From Clostridia bacterium (lineage in GTDB: Bacteria; Bacillota; Clostridia; CAKSNL01; HGM11501): DNA of 64,000 bases. This document shows positions 8,847 to 16,866 of the stretch, piece by piece. Position numbers and translations under genes: made by a program. The stretch lies in contig JAZQAZ010000015.1 in the NCBI GenBank assembly GCA_045545475.1, positions 53,096-117,095 on the forward strand. Direction: 5' to 3'. Positions within the stretch are counted from its first letter, which is position 1. Each line of letters begins with the position of its first letter. The notes under the pieces are model-generated. The model made no database searches, was not told the DNA's origin, and was given only the letters and a program-made list of their open reading frames with translations.

Positions 8847-10355
8847 TTAAAACATCATATTTTTAATATATTCTTCTGTGAAAAAACTACTTTCGGCAAG
8901 GGAAATTGTCACTGCTTTTTTTGAAATTTCATTGGCTTTTTCAAGCATCTCCTCACTTAAAAGAAGCATTGCCGCCCCCATAACGGCACCATTTCCTATG
9001 CACTTTGTTTTTTCCTTTATTCCTTTCGGGAAGAGACCTATCGTTTCAGCCGAATAAAGGTTAAGCGTTTTTCCGAAACCTCCACAAATAACTACACTGC
9101 CGATTTCCAAAGTCTTCACATTTTCAAAATGCAAAAGCGTTTCTATCCCTGAAAAAACGGCACTTTTGGCAAGTTGTATCTGCCTTATATCCTCGGGCGT
9201 AATGAAAACATCTTCGCATATATCAAAAACCTTTTCCATATAGCCGGTTTTATCAACAGTTCCTTTTTTTATAAGACTTGCTACAGCATCTATAATTCCG
9301 CTTCCGCAGATTCCTGCAGGACTTTCATCTCCTATTACATGAAAATCAATTTTTCCGTTTTCAAGCCATACCTTGTCAACAGCACCTTTTCCGCCCTGCA
9401 CTCCGCACTTTATTCCCACTCCTTCAAATGCCGGACCTGCCGCAGTTGAACAAACGGTAAGCCTTCCGTCCTTACAAAGCGCCATTTCTCCGTTTGTGCC
9501 TATATCTGCTAAAAGATGTATCCCTTCTTTATCCGTTATTTCAGACGCTAAGAGTGCACATACCATATCTGCCCCTACAAAGGCCGATATACACGGCGGA
9601 ATGTAAATTTCAGCATCTCCCCTTAAGGCGGAGATCCCCACCTCATATGCCGTAAGTATATTTCCGAAAAGCCGCTTTGTGGTAAAAGGGGCACAAGATA
9701 GCGGTGTTGTATCGGTATTGGTGAGCAGATGAAGCATTACCGTATTTCCGGTTATTACCGCCCTGTCAATATATCCCGGATTGATTTCAGCATGCTTTGC
9801 CATATCAAGTATCAGGCTTGTTATATCCTCTCTCACAAGAGCAGAAAGAATCTTTCCCTTTCCTGAAAGCTGTGCTTCAATTCTGCTTACCACATCATAG
9901 CCAAACCTTTTCTGGGAGTTTAATCGGCTGCTTTCTGAAAGCAAAGCTCCCTTTGAATCATAGAGTCTTGCACAAACGGTGGTGGTTCCTATGTCAATTG
10001 CTACGCCATAACGTGAAAAAACAGGATTAATGGTTATTGCCGGCAAAATTCCGTCTGATATTATTACATTTTCCGAAATGCCTTCAAAAATGCGTATCTC
10101 TCCGTCTCCAAAAGCTTTAAGACAACAGGCAAGACGAATTCCTTTTTCAAGCTCACTTTTCGTAAGCAGACTTAATTCATCCGCCGTTGGAGGATTAAAA
10201 CATCCTTTGGCATACACTTTACATTTACCACACTTTCCGTGACCGCCACAGGGCATTGAAGATTTTTTTGTATTTTTCAAAATTTCTTTTACATTAAGGT
10301 TTTCTTCAAACTCAAAAGTGACATCTTCTATTTTGAGAATCGGCAAAGCACACAC
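8847..10355 (-). CDS. RACo/ASKHA (DUF4445) ATP-dependent reductive activator of corrinoid proteins with N-terminal 2Fe-2S domain
   Basis: CGGHGKCGKC...RLACC, AIDIGTTT, DIGTNGE, AGPAFEG, GICGSG. Confidence 0.9.
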   Translation of the reverse strand: MCALPILKIEDVTFEFEENLNVKEILKNTKKSSMPCGGHGKCGKCKVYAKGCFNPPTADELSLLTKSELEKGIRLACCLKAFGDGEIRIFEGISENVIISDGILPAITINPVFSRYGVAIDIGTTTVCARLYDSKGALLSESSRLNSQKRFGYDVVSRIEAQLSGKGKILSALVREDITSLILDMAKHAEINPGYIDRAVITGNTVMLHLLTNTDTTPLSCAPFTTKRLFGNILTAYEVGISALRGDAEIYIPPCISAFVGADMVCALLASEITDKEGIHLLADIGTNGEMALCKDGRLTVCSTAAGPAFEGVGIKCGVQGGKGAVDKVWLENGKIDFHVIGDESPAGICGSGIIDAVASLIKKGTVDKTGYMEKVFDICEDVFITPEDIRQIQLAKSAVFSGIETLLHFENVKTLEIGSVVICGGFGKTLNLYSAETIGLFPKGIKEKTKCIGNGAVMGAAMLLLSEEMLEKANEISKKAVTISLAESSFFTEEYIKNMMF

Positions 10356-10399
10356 CTCCTTTCTAATATTTTAACATACAATCTCTTTTTAGTAAACAA

Positions 10400-10429
10400 A
10401 AAGTTGCCACGCATCTTCGTGGCAACTTT
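10400..10429 (-). terminator. Intrinsic terminator
   Basis: 12-bp inverted repeat aaagttgccacg/cgtggcaacttt right after stop 10433. Confidence 0.75.
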
Positions 10430-10432
10430 AAG

Positions 10433-12940
10433 TCATTCTGCTATTTTGCTTTCAATTGTAATTTCCCTTGTTTCACCGTTCCATGAAACGTTATAGCCAA
10501 GATGTTCAGATACGAATCTTAAGGGAATGAAGGTTCTTCCGTCCTTAATTCTCGGATACTGCGGAAGGGTGTATCTTACCGTTCCGTACTTGGTGCCTTC
10601 AATGGTTACGAGGTTGTTCCATATCTGGATATGGATAACCTTACCGTCCTTTTTAATTGTAACTTTCTGCTCTTCACCTTCCCATAAAACTTCAGCTCCC
10701 ATTTCCTCCAAGAGTCCTCTTAAAGGAATCATTGTGCTTCCGCTTACGATGTATGGTGCAACGTCGGTTGTAACCGTTTTTTCACTGCCGTTTTTCTTAA
10801 CGTAAATTTCATTTTTGTCAACGGTTAATACGTATTTTTCCTGAGCTTTTAAAAGTCTTTCTTCTTTGTCTTTTCTGGTTTCGTAAATTTCAAGCTCTGC
10901 GCACGCCGCCTTATTTGAATAGCCCTCTAAAATTTCAAAACGAAGGAATCTTGCCGTAACTGCCTCATCAAATACAATAAGCTTTACGTTTGCCGAGCGG
11001 GCATTTGAAAGATTTTCCTTTACAAGTGTGTAGTTTTCGCCATCCAATGACGCATAGATATTATATTTCTCCCAGGTTCCGTGCCAGTCGGAGGAGCCAC
11101 GGGGCGTCATATTGATTCTTGAAATCTTTATTTCGTTCATCAGACTTAAATCAACGATGAAGGGTGCGCTTTCGTGGGATGCACTCTGCCAGAAACGGCT
11201 TGTTCCGTCAATCATAAGCTGAGGATGATTGTCAACCCAGGATTCAACGTTTGCAGAAATTCCGGCTACGGAAAGGTCTACCTTTACAAGTCCGTTTTCC
11301 TTTGAATAAGCCGGATAGTCCGAAGGCTTTACCGTGTCATAGTCTGCTAATGGCGATATAAAGTCGATTTCCGCACAGGTTCCGTGCATTTTGGTATCAA
11401 CAATAAGCTTTGCCTTTTTGATGTTTATGTTTGCGGAGAAAAATCTGTTCTTTCTGCCGTTTCCGATATCGAAGGTAAAGGTTTCAACAAGGGTGTATTC
11501 GCCATCATCGGTGTCGGATACATAAAGCTCGCAGGAAAGCCAGTTTCCGCTGTTTCCCGAAGGTCTTGTAGTATAGGCAAAGCCCGATGCCGTAATCGCC
11601 TTATCCATCTTTATTTCGATTGTATAAGGTGGAGGATCGCTGGATGTTATGGTAGAGCCCGATGCGGTGTAATTTGTGTGCCAGAAGGTTGCCGTGTTAT
11701 CGTCAAGCATTGCCTTGGGTGTGGTGAAGGATGCACAGCTTGTCGCCGTGATTGACCACGCCTTTTTACCCTTTACATAGCTTGTGTTAAGTTTTCCGTC
11801 AACCTCTGTCTCCTCGGGTGTTACGGTTTCTGTCTTATCTCCGCCGAGGACAGACTCAGCCGAGGGTTTATCTATATTTCCCTTAAGGATTTTAATTTCC
11901 GCTGCTGTGCCGTAATTTCCCTGGGCTTCTGTCACCTTTATCATAAGAGCCTTATATGTTCCCTTTTCGATTTTAAATGTCACTTCTTCTCTCGTTCTTA
12001 AAACGGTATCAAAATCCAGTGTCACAGTTGCAGAAAGTTTGTATTCTGCACCGTCTTTAGAAGTGTAAATTTCAGCCTTCTTCCAGATACCTGCAGAGGA
12101 TTCGTCTTTTCTCGGAACATAGCTTATGCCGGAAACTTCTCTTTCATCGGGGAATACTATTGTAATTATATGAGGACACTCATCCTTACTTACAATCTGT
12201 CCGTTTTCAACGGTGTAGCTTGTGTGCCAATAGCTTTTTTCATTATTGTCAAATGCTCCCGATATTCCGCCCATTCCGTCGCTGGATGCCTTTATTTCCC
12301 AGCTCTTGGCGTCGGTATAGGATTCCGCTTTTCCTCCCGATGCAGAAGGAGTTGTGATATCCTCCTTTGCACTTTCAATCTTTGTTCCGTCAGACTCTAT
12401 AGCTTTAGTTGTACTTGTAACTTCGCCTTTCAGGATTTTAATTTCTGCCGCTGTTCCGTAGTTGCCCTGAGCTTCCGTTACCTTGATTCTTATCGCCTTG
12501 TAATTGCCCTTTTTAATTGCGACCGTTGCCTCTGCTCTCGATGCAACAAGGTCAAATTCTGCAGTTGTGTTAAGGGTAAAGGTTGCACCGTCAACTGATG
12601 TGTAAATTTCAGCCTTTTTCCATATACCTGCAGAGGATTCGTCTTTTCTGGGAAGATAGCTTATACCGGAAACCTCTCTCTCGTCGGGGAACACGATATC
12701 GATTATGTGAGGACATTCTTCCCTTTTCACAATCTGTCCGTTTTCTACGGTGTAGCTTGTGTGCCAATAGCTCTTTTCGTTATTGTCAAAAGCTCCCGAT
12801 ATTCCGCCCATTCCGTCACTGGAGGCTTTTATTTCCCAGCTCTTTGCATCTGTGTATGCTTCAGACGCAGATACGGGAAGGCAGCATATAACGCTTATTA
12901 TAAGACTTAATGTTAAAGTAAGTGCAAATATTTTCTTCAT
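10433..12940 (-). CDS. Secreted protein: 4x F5/8 type C (CBM32/discoidin-like) domains + C-terminal copper-amine-oxidase-N-like (stalk) domain
   Basis: Signal peptide MKKIFALTL (start 12940, GGAGG RBS); repeated AFDN..YWHT...AAEI units; C-terminal TMIPLRGLLEEMGA...RTFIPLRFVSEHLGY. Confidence 0.8.
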   Translation of the reverse strand: MKKIFALTLTLSLIISVICCLPVSASEAYTDAKSWEIKASSDGMGGISGAFDNNEKSYWHTSYTVENGQIVKREECPHIIDIVFPDEREVSGISYLPRKDESSAGIWKKAEIYTSVDGATFTLNTTAEFDLVASRAEATVAIKKGNYKAIRIKVTEAQGNYGTAAEIKILKGEVTSTTKAIESDGTKIESAKEDITTPSASGGKAESYTDAKSWEIKASSDGMGGISGAFDNNEKSYWHTSYTVENGQIVSKDECPHIITIVFPDEREVSGISYVPRKDESSAGIWKKAEIYTSKDGAEYKLSATVTLDFDTVLRTREEVTFKIEKGTYKALMIKVTEAQGNYGTAAEIKILKGNIDKPSAESVLGGDKTETVTPEETEVDGKLNTSYVKGKKAWSITATSCASFTTPKAMLDDNTATFWHTNYTASGSTITSSDPPPYTIEIKMDKAITASGFAYTTRPSGNSGNWLSCELYVSDTDDGEYTLVETFTFDIGNGRKNRFFSANINIKKAKLIVDTKMHGTCAEIDFISPLADYDTVKPSDYPAYSKENGLVKVDLSVAGISANVESWVDNHPQLMIDGTSRFWQSASHESAPFIVDLSLMNEIKISRINMTPRGSSDWHGTWEKYNIYASLDGENYTLVKENLSNARSANVKLIVFDEAVTARFLRFEILEGYSNKAACAELEIYETRKDKEERLLKAQEKYVLTVDKNEIYVKKNGSEKTVTTDVAPYIVSGSTMIPLRGLLEEMGAEVLWEGEEQKVTIKKDGKVIHIQIWNNLVTIEGTKYGTVRYTLPQYPRIKDGRTFIPLRFVSEHLGYNVSWNGETREITIESKIAE
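11879..12856 (-). repeat. Intragenic near-identical domain duplication (copies ~12425-12856 and ~11879-12319)
   Basis: YTDAKSWEIKASSDGMGGISGAFDNNEKSYWHTSYTVENGQIV...KVTEAQGNYGTAAEIKILKG occurs twice; DNA similar with synonymous differences. Confidence 0.9.
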
Positions 12941-12953
12941 GTGCCGTCCCTCC

Positions 12954-15725
12954 TTAATCAAGTAATGCCGCAGCAGAAAGTGCTGCATTTTTATCTATTT
13001 CATGGCTCGATACAGCATAAATTCCGTTACCGAGACTTTCCGCCTTCCATCCGAATACATCGGCAAAATATGTATATGGCAGGTAAATTATTCCGTCAAT
13101 ATTTTTACATACTGCAGAAAGATAATTTGCCTTTCCGTTTACTCTTACTTCAGCTGAACCTATAACATTGCATGACCAGATATAATCTTCAATCTGTGCA
13201 CGAATTGATTTGTTACCTCTGTAGTCTGCCAGAGGTTCATCTGAAAGTCCCAAGTTAAAGTTCTTTACAAAAACCATATTAAGGTCGGAATAATACTCAA
13301 CCTTAGTTTCACCATATCCCAAGATTTCCTCTGCCGCAAAGAGGGGTACATATAAAACGCCGTTTTCTTCAAAAGAATTTACCCTTATATCTGACTCGTT
13401 TACATACATTTCTCCGCCGTTTACATTCATTTTCGCACTTCCCGCCCTAAATACCGAAGTATCTGAAAGTGCCTTTCTGGTTGTTTCATCAAGGGAAACT
13501 TCTTCAATTTCTGTATAGAGATAATTAAAACGTCCGAGAGGTGCAACACTGCCGAATTCGTATAATCTTAAAATATCTCCGTTTTCTTCTGCTCCGTCTG
13601 CCCACTTAAATTCAAAATCGGAAACGGTTTCTCCAAGGAGCCAGATGGGTATAGAAACCATAAATGTGTTTTCCTTCATGCTAGTGGGGCAATCAGCAAC
13701 CTTTGCCCATGCACCGTTATAGCCTGCGGCAGAAAGCTCGCCAAATCCCGATACGTTAAATGAGAAGTCATAGCCTTCCCAGCCTGTCGCTCTGTTTCTG
13801 TCAACATCTATATAAAGATGCATGAAAGAGTCGCCTTTTTTGATAGGCTCTTCTGTTTCTACAAGGAAGTAATAGTTTGCATCGTCACGTGCAACCTTTG
13901 CTCCCGTAATGTAGTTTGAAAGCTTTGTGACATAACGATAGTTTTCTCCCGTTTCGGGATTTACGTAGCCGTAATCGTCACGCTCATAAGCTCCTCCTAC
14001 ATTCAGGTAGTGCGGAGTAACATCTGCCCACTGTTCGCTACCCATATTTATGTCAATGGTCTTTTTCGCTGATGCGACAGGTGCTTTTCTTACGCCCTTA
14101 TACTTTCTTATAAAGTCTGTCATCATCATATAATAGTCATCACGAAGACTTCCTCGTGAAGGCTCCATATCACGGCTCTTTTCTTCGCTGTAAGTATCAA
14201 CAAATGCGTTCTCAAATCCCGAATAACCGTTATGACGGCCGTTCTGCCATTCATTCCATCCGTCAATTAATACAATCGCCGGATCAACCGAGAGTGCACG
14301 GGAAATCTGTTCGCGGAAGAAATAGCCGATGTTTTTAGCTTCAGGTCTAAAGTCATCACCAAACGCTTCGGAATACCCTCTGCCCTTAGTGTAGGGATCA
14401 GAAAATACGCCGTTATCGTCATATTCATATTCGTAGGAGTGGTTGATTGCAGTACCTACCGGCACGCACTCAACTCTGCCGTCAGCTGTTACGCCCCACT
14501 TGGTCTGAGGATAGTTCTGAAGCCAGTTCCAGGCCCCTGTGGGTTCACTGTCGCCTGCACCTCTGTAGCCGTTACAGCGGAAGGTGAACTTATCTATGAT
14601 ATCTTCCATAATATCGTTTCTTGAAAAGTCTTCTCCGGGCTTGAAGCTGCTTTCCGGCGAAGGTGTCATAAGCAGGTACTTACCATCAAGCTGATACCAT
14701 ATATCGGCATAAGCTTCTTCTCTTATTATGCTTAAGTAAACCGCCTGACAGAATCTTTCTCCTCCGCCCCAGGGACCGAGAGCCGAAAGTTCCGGAATGT
14801 CAACGCCGTCCTTCTTGGCATCCAAAAATGCTTCAAGAAGAACTTCCATTGAATTCCAGAAAACAACCTGTCCGTTGGACCAGTCAAAAAGAAGAAAGTC
14901 AACTCCTGCTGCCGAAAGCATTTCTGCATGACGGCGGTAAACCCAATAATCTCTTGAATGGTAGTAGCCAAAAAGGGGCTCGCCCCAGTAATATGCCCCT
15001 GATATACCTTTGGATTCGGGCCAGGCGGGATGGTCATAGTCATCCTTTGCATCGGGGTACTTTTCAATAAGCTTTTCCTGAAGAGTTACAACGCTTTTGG
15101 GCACTCCGTTAAGCCCGAAATTAACCCAGTAGAAAATACCCACATCGTGAAGTCCTTCCTTCACGGGACCTGCTTCTTCATAGCCTGCCAGTTTTCTGCC
15201 CAAAGCATCGGTTCCAACCCAGGTATCGGAAAAATCGTCAATGATGGCTGAATCAGGAACAACAGGAACACTCGGTGCTTCTTCCTTGGAGAGAATAACG
15301 TCCTTTATGTAAATTTCCTGGTCGGAAATATAGGTAGTCTGAATATAAAGCTTTACCTTTCCGCTTACGGGATACAAAAGGTTTCCGGAATAAACCTTGT
15401 CCTTTGAATCCATATCGTGAACACTTATATAGCCCACACAGTCTCCCTCTAAGGGATCGCCGATTCTTATTCTGAATGTTTCTCCGTTTTCGCTTGAAAC
15501 AATTTTGCAGTCGGCAACTAATGAGATAGACTTAACTCCTGTCATATCAACGTCATCCCATCCTATATAGGCACTGTTTTTAAGCCTTACACCGTTTTCA
15601 GTTTTTTCAGCGTTTGACTCAAAGTCTGCCTTGGTAACATCCAAATTCATATCGCCATCTTCAGCGAAACAGAATGTGGGTGCCATGATTACAAGGCACA
15701 AAAGAATACACAAAGCTTTTTTCAT
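12954..15725 (-). CDS. Secreted CBM6-like + GH99/GH71-like TIM-barrel hydrolase + beta-sandwich + stalk-like domain
   Basis: Signal peptide; YWGEPLFGYYHSRD, RRHAEMLSAAGVD, IDGWNEW, SRDMEPS; C-terminal GVLYVPL/GIIYLPY..DVFGW. Confidence 0.7.
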   Translation of the reverse strand: MKKALCILLCLVIMAPTFCFAEDGDMNLDVTKADFESNAEKTENGVRLKNSAYIGWDDVDMTGVKSISLVADCKIVSSENGETFRIRIGDPLEGDCVGYISVHDMDSKDKVYSGNLLYPVSGKVKLYIQTTYISDQEIYIKDVILSKEEAPSVPVVPDSAIIDDFSDTWVGTDALGRKLAGYEEAGPVKEGLHDVGIFYWVNFGLNGVPKSVVTLQEKLIEKYPDAKDDYDHPAWPESKGISGAYYWGEPLFGYYHSRDYWVYRRHAEMLSAAGVDFLLFDWSNGQVVFWNSMEVLLEAFLDAKKDGVDIPELSALGPWGGGERFCQAVYLSIIREEAYADIWYQLDGKYLLMTPSPESSFKPGEDFSRNDIMEDIIDKFTFRCNGYRGAGDSEPTGAWNWLQNYPQTKWGVTADGRVECVPVGTAINHSYEYEYDDNGVFSDPYTKGRGYSEAFGDDFRPEAKNIGYFFREQISRALSVDPAIVLIDGWNEWQNGRHNGYSGFENAFVDTYSEEKSRDMEPSRGSLRDDYYMMMTDFIRKYKGVRKAPVASAKKTIDINMGSEQWADVTPHYLNVGGAYERDDYGYVNPETGENYRYVTKLSNYITGAKVARDDANYYFLVETEEPIKKGDSFMHLYIDVDRNRATGWEGYDFSFNVSGFGELSAAGYNGAWAKVADCPTSMKENTFMVSIPIWLLGETVSDFEFKWADGAEENGDILRLYEFGSVAPLGRFNYLYTEIEEVSLDETTRKALSDTSVFRAGSAKMNVNGGEMYVNESDIRVNSFEENGVLYVPLFAAEEILGYGETKVEYYSDLNMVFVKNFNLGLSDEPLADYRGNKSIRAQIEDYIWSCNVIGSAEVRVNGKANYLSAVCKNIDGIIYLPYTYFADVFGWKAESLGNGIYAVSSHEIDKNAALSAAALLD

Positions 15726-15765
15726 ATTTTACCCTTCCCTTCTTATTACTTATCAGCTTAAACTG

Positions 15766-15838
15766 ATTATAACACCACAAAAAATAAATTTATATATAAA
15801 ATCGTACATATTTAATGAAAAAATTATAAAATCGTACA
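15766..15838 (-). promoter_or_regulatory. Extended -10 promoter with upstream 14-bp direct repeat (candidate AraC operator)
   Basis: TGtTATAAT (-10 at 15766-15771), poor -35; tataaaatcgtaca at 15795-15808 and 15825-15838. Confidence 0.55.
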
Positions 15839-15994
15839 CTCGTGTTGTAATTTATATATTTTTCTGTATTTTATTATAATGCATTTTCTCACCCTTATCA
15901 ATAGCTAAAATATCTCAAAACATGCACAAAATAATTTTAAACCTTGAAAAAAACGCAATTAGCATATATAATTATTCAGAAGGGAGTAATTTTT

Positions 15995-16849
15995 ATGATT
16001 ATGAACGTAGCATACTCGAGCACAGATAAAGTTTCTGACATAGAAGATTTGTCACGTCCTCTCAAAATAAATTGCTGTGGACATTTCATTGTAGATTCCC
16101 GCCCCGGTATAACAACCGAGCATCCCGAAGGCAGACGTGACTATCAGCTTATATATATAGCATCCGGCAAAGGACATTTTTATTTTGACGGAATCGAGCA
16201 CATTGTAACACAAGGGCATATGATTTTATTCAGACCTCACGAGCCCATGCAGTATTATTATTATCCGGAAGATAAAACCGACGTATATTGGGTGCATTTT
16301 ACCGGAAAGGACGTCCCCTTGCTACTCAAACATTATGAGCTTCCCGAAAACGGAAACATATTCTACACCGGGGTTTCTCCCGATTATCAGTGGATATACC
16401 GCCAGCTGATACGTGAGCTTCAGCTTAAGCGAACAAATTATGAGGAAATGCTTTCTCTTTTACTAAATCATATATTCTTGGTTATAAACCGCTATATCAA
16501 AGAGAGTAACACCCCCGGAAGCGATATGGTAAACGAAATTGAGAGAGCAGTTTCCTATTTTACGGAAAACTACCAAAAAGATATAAGCATTGAAGCTTAT
16601 GCAACAGAACGAAGTATAAGCAAAAACTGGTTCATCCACAGTTTCAGGAGAATAATGAAAGTAACCCCCATGCAATACATTTTGTCACTTCGCATCTCTG
16701 CCGCAAAAGCTTACCTTGAAAGCACTGAAAAAAATATAACCGAAATAGCCTATGCCGTAGGCTATGATAACCCATTATACTTTTCAAGACTCTTTAAAAA
16801 ATTCACAGACCAATCTCCTTCAGAATACAGAAAACAAAGGCAGGATTAA
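15995..16849 (+). CDS. AraC family transcriptional regulator (divergent from GH99-like/CBM32 pair)
   Basis: N-terminal cupin-like domain, C-terminal ITEIAYAVGYDNPLYFSRLFKK..SPSEYR; start at ATG 15995 behind GGGAG. Confidence 0.92.
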   Translation: MIMNVAYSSTDKVSDIEDLSRPLKINCCGHFIVDSRPGITTEHPEGRRDYQLIYIASGKGHFYFDGIEHIVTQGHMILFRPHEPMQYYYYPEDKTDVYWVHFTGKDVPLLLKHYELPENGNIFYTGVSPDYQWIYRQLIRELQLKRTNYEEMLSLLLNHIFLVINRYIKESNTPGSDMVNEIERAVSYFTENYQKDISIEAYATERSISKNWFIHSFRRIMKVTPMQYILSLRISAAKAYLESTEKNITEIAYAVGYDNPLYFSRLFKKFTDQSPSEYRKQRQD

Positions 16850-16866
16850 CCTGCCTTTGTTTTTTT
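16831..16866. terminator. Bidirectional terminator between convergent genes
   Basis: aaaacaaaggcagg/cctgcctttgtttt inverted repeat. Confidence 0.75.

Noticed and set aside
11879-12856. DGR template/variable repeat pair
   Set aside because: Both copies are in-frame ~430-bp domains with mostly synonymous differences; no reverse transcriptase in the window
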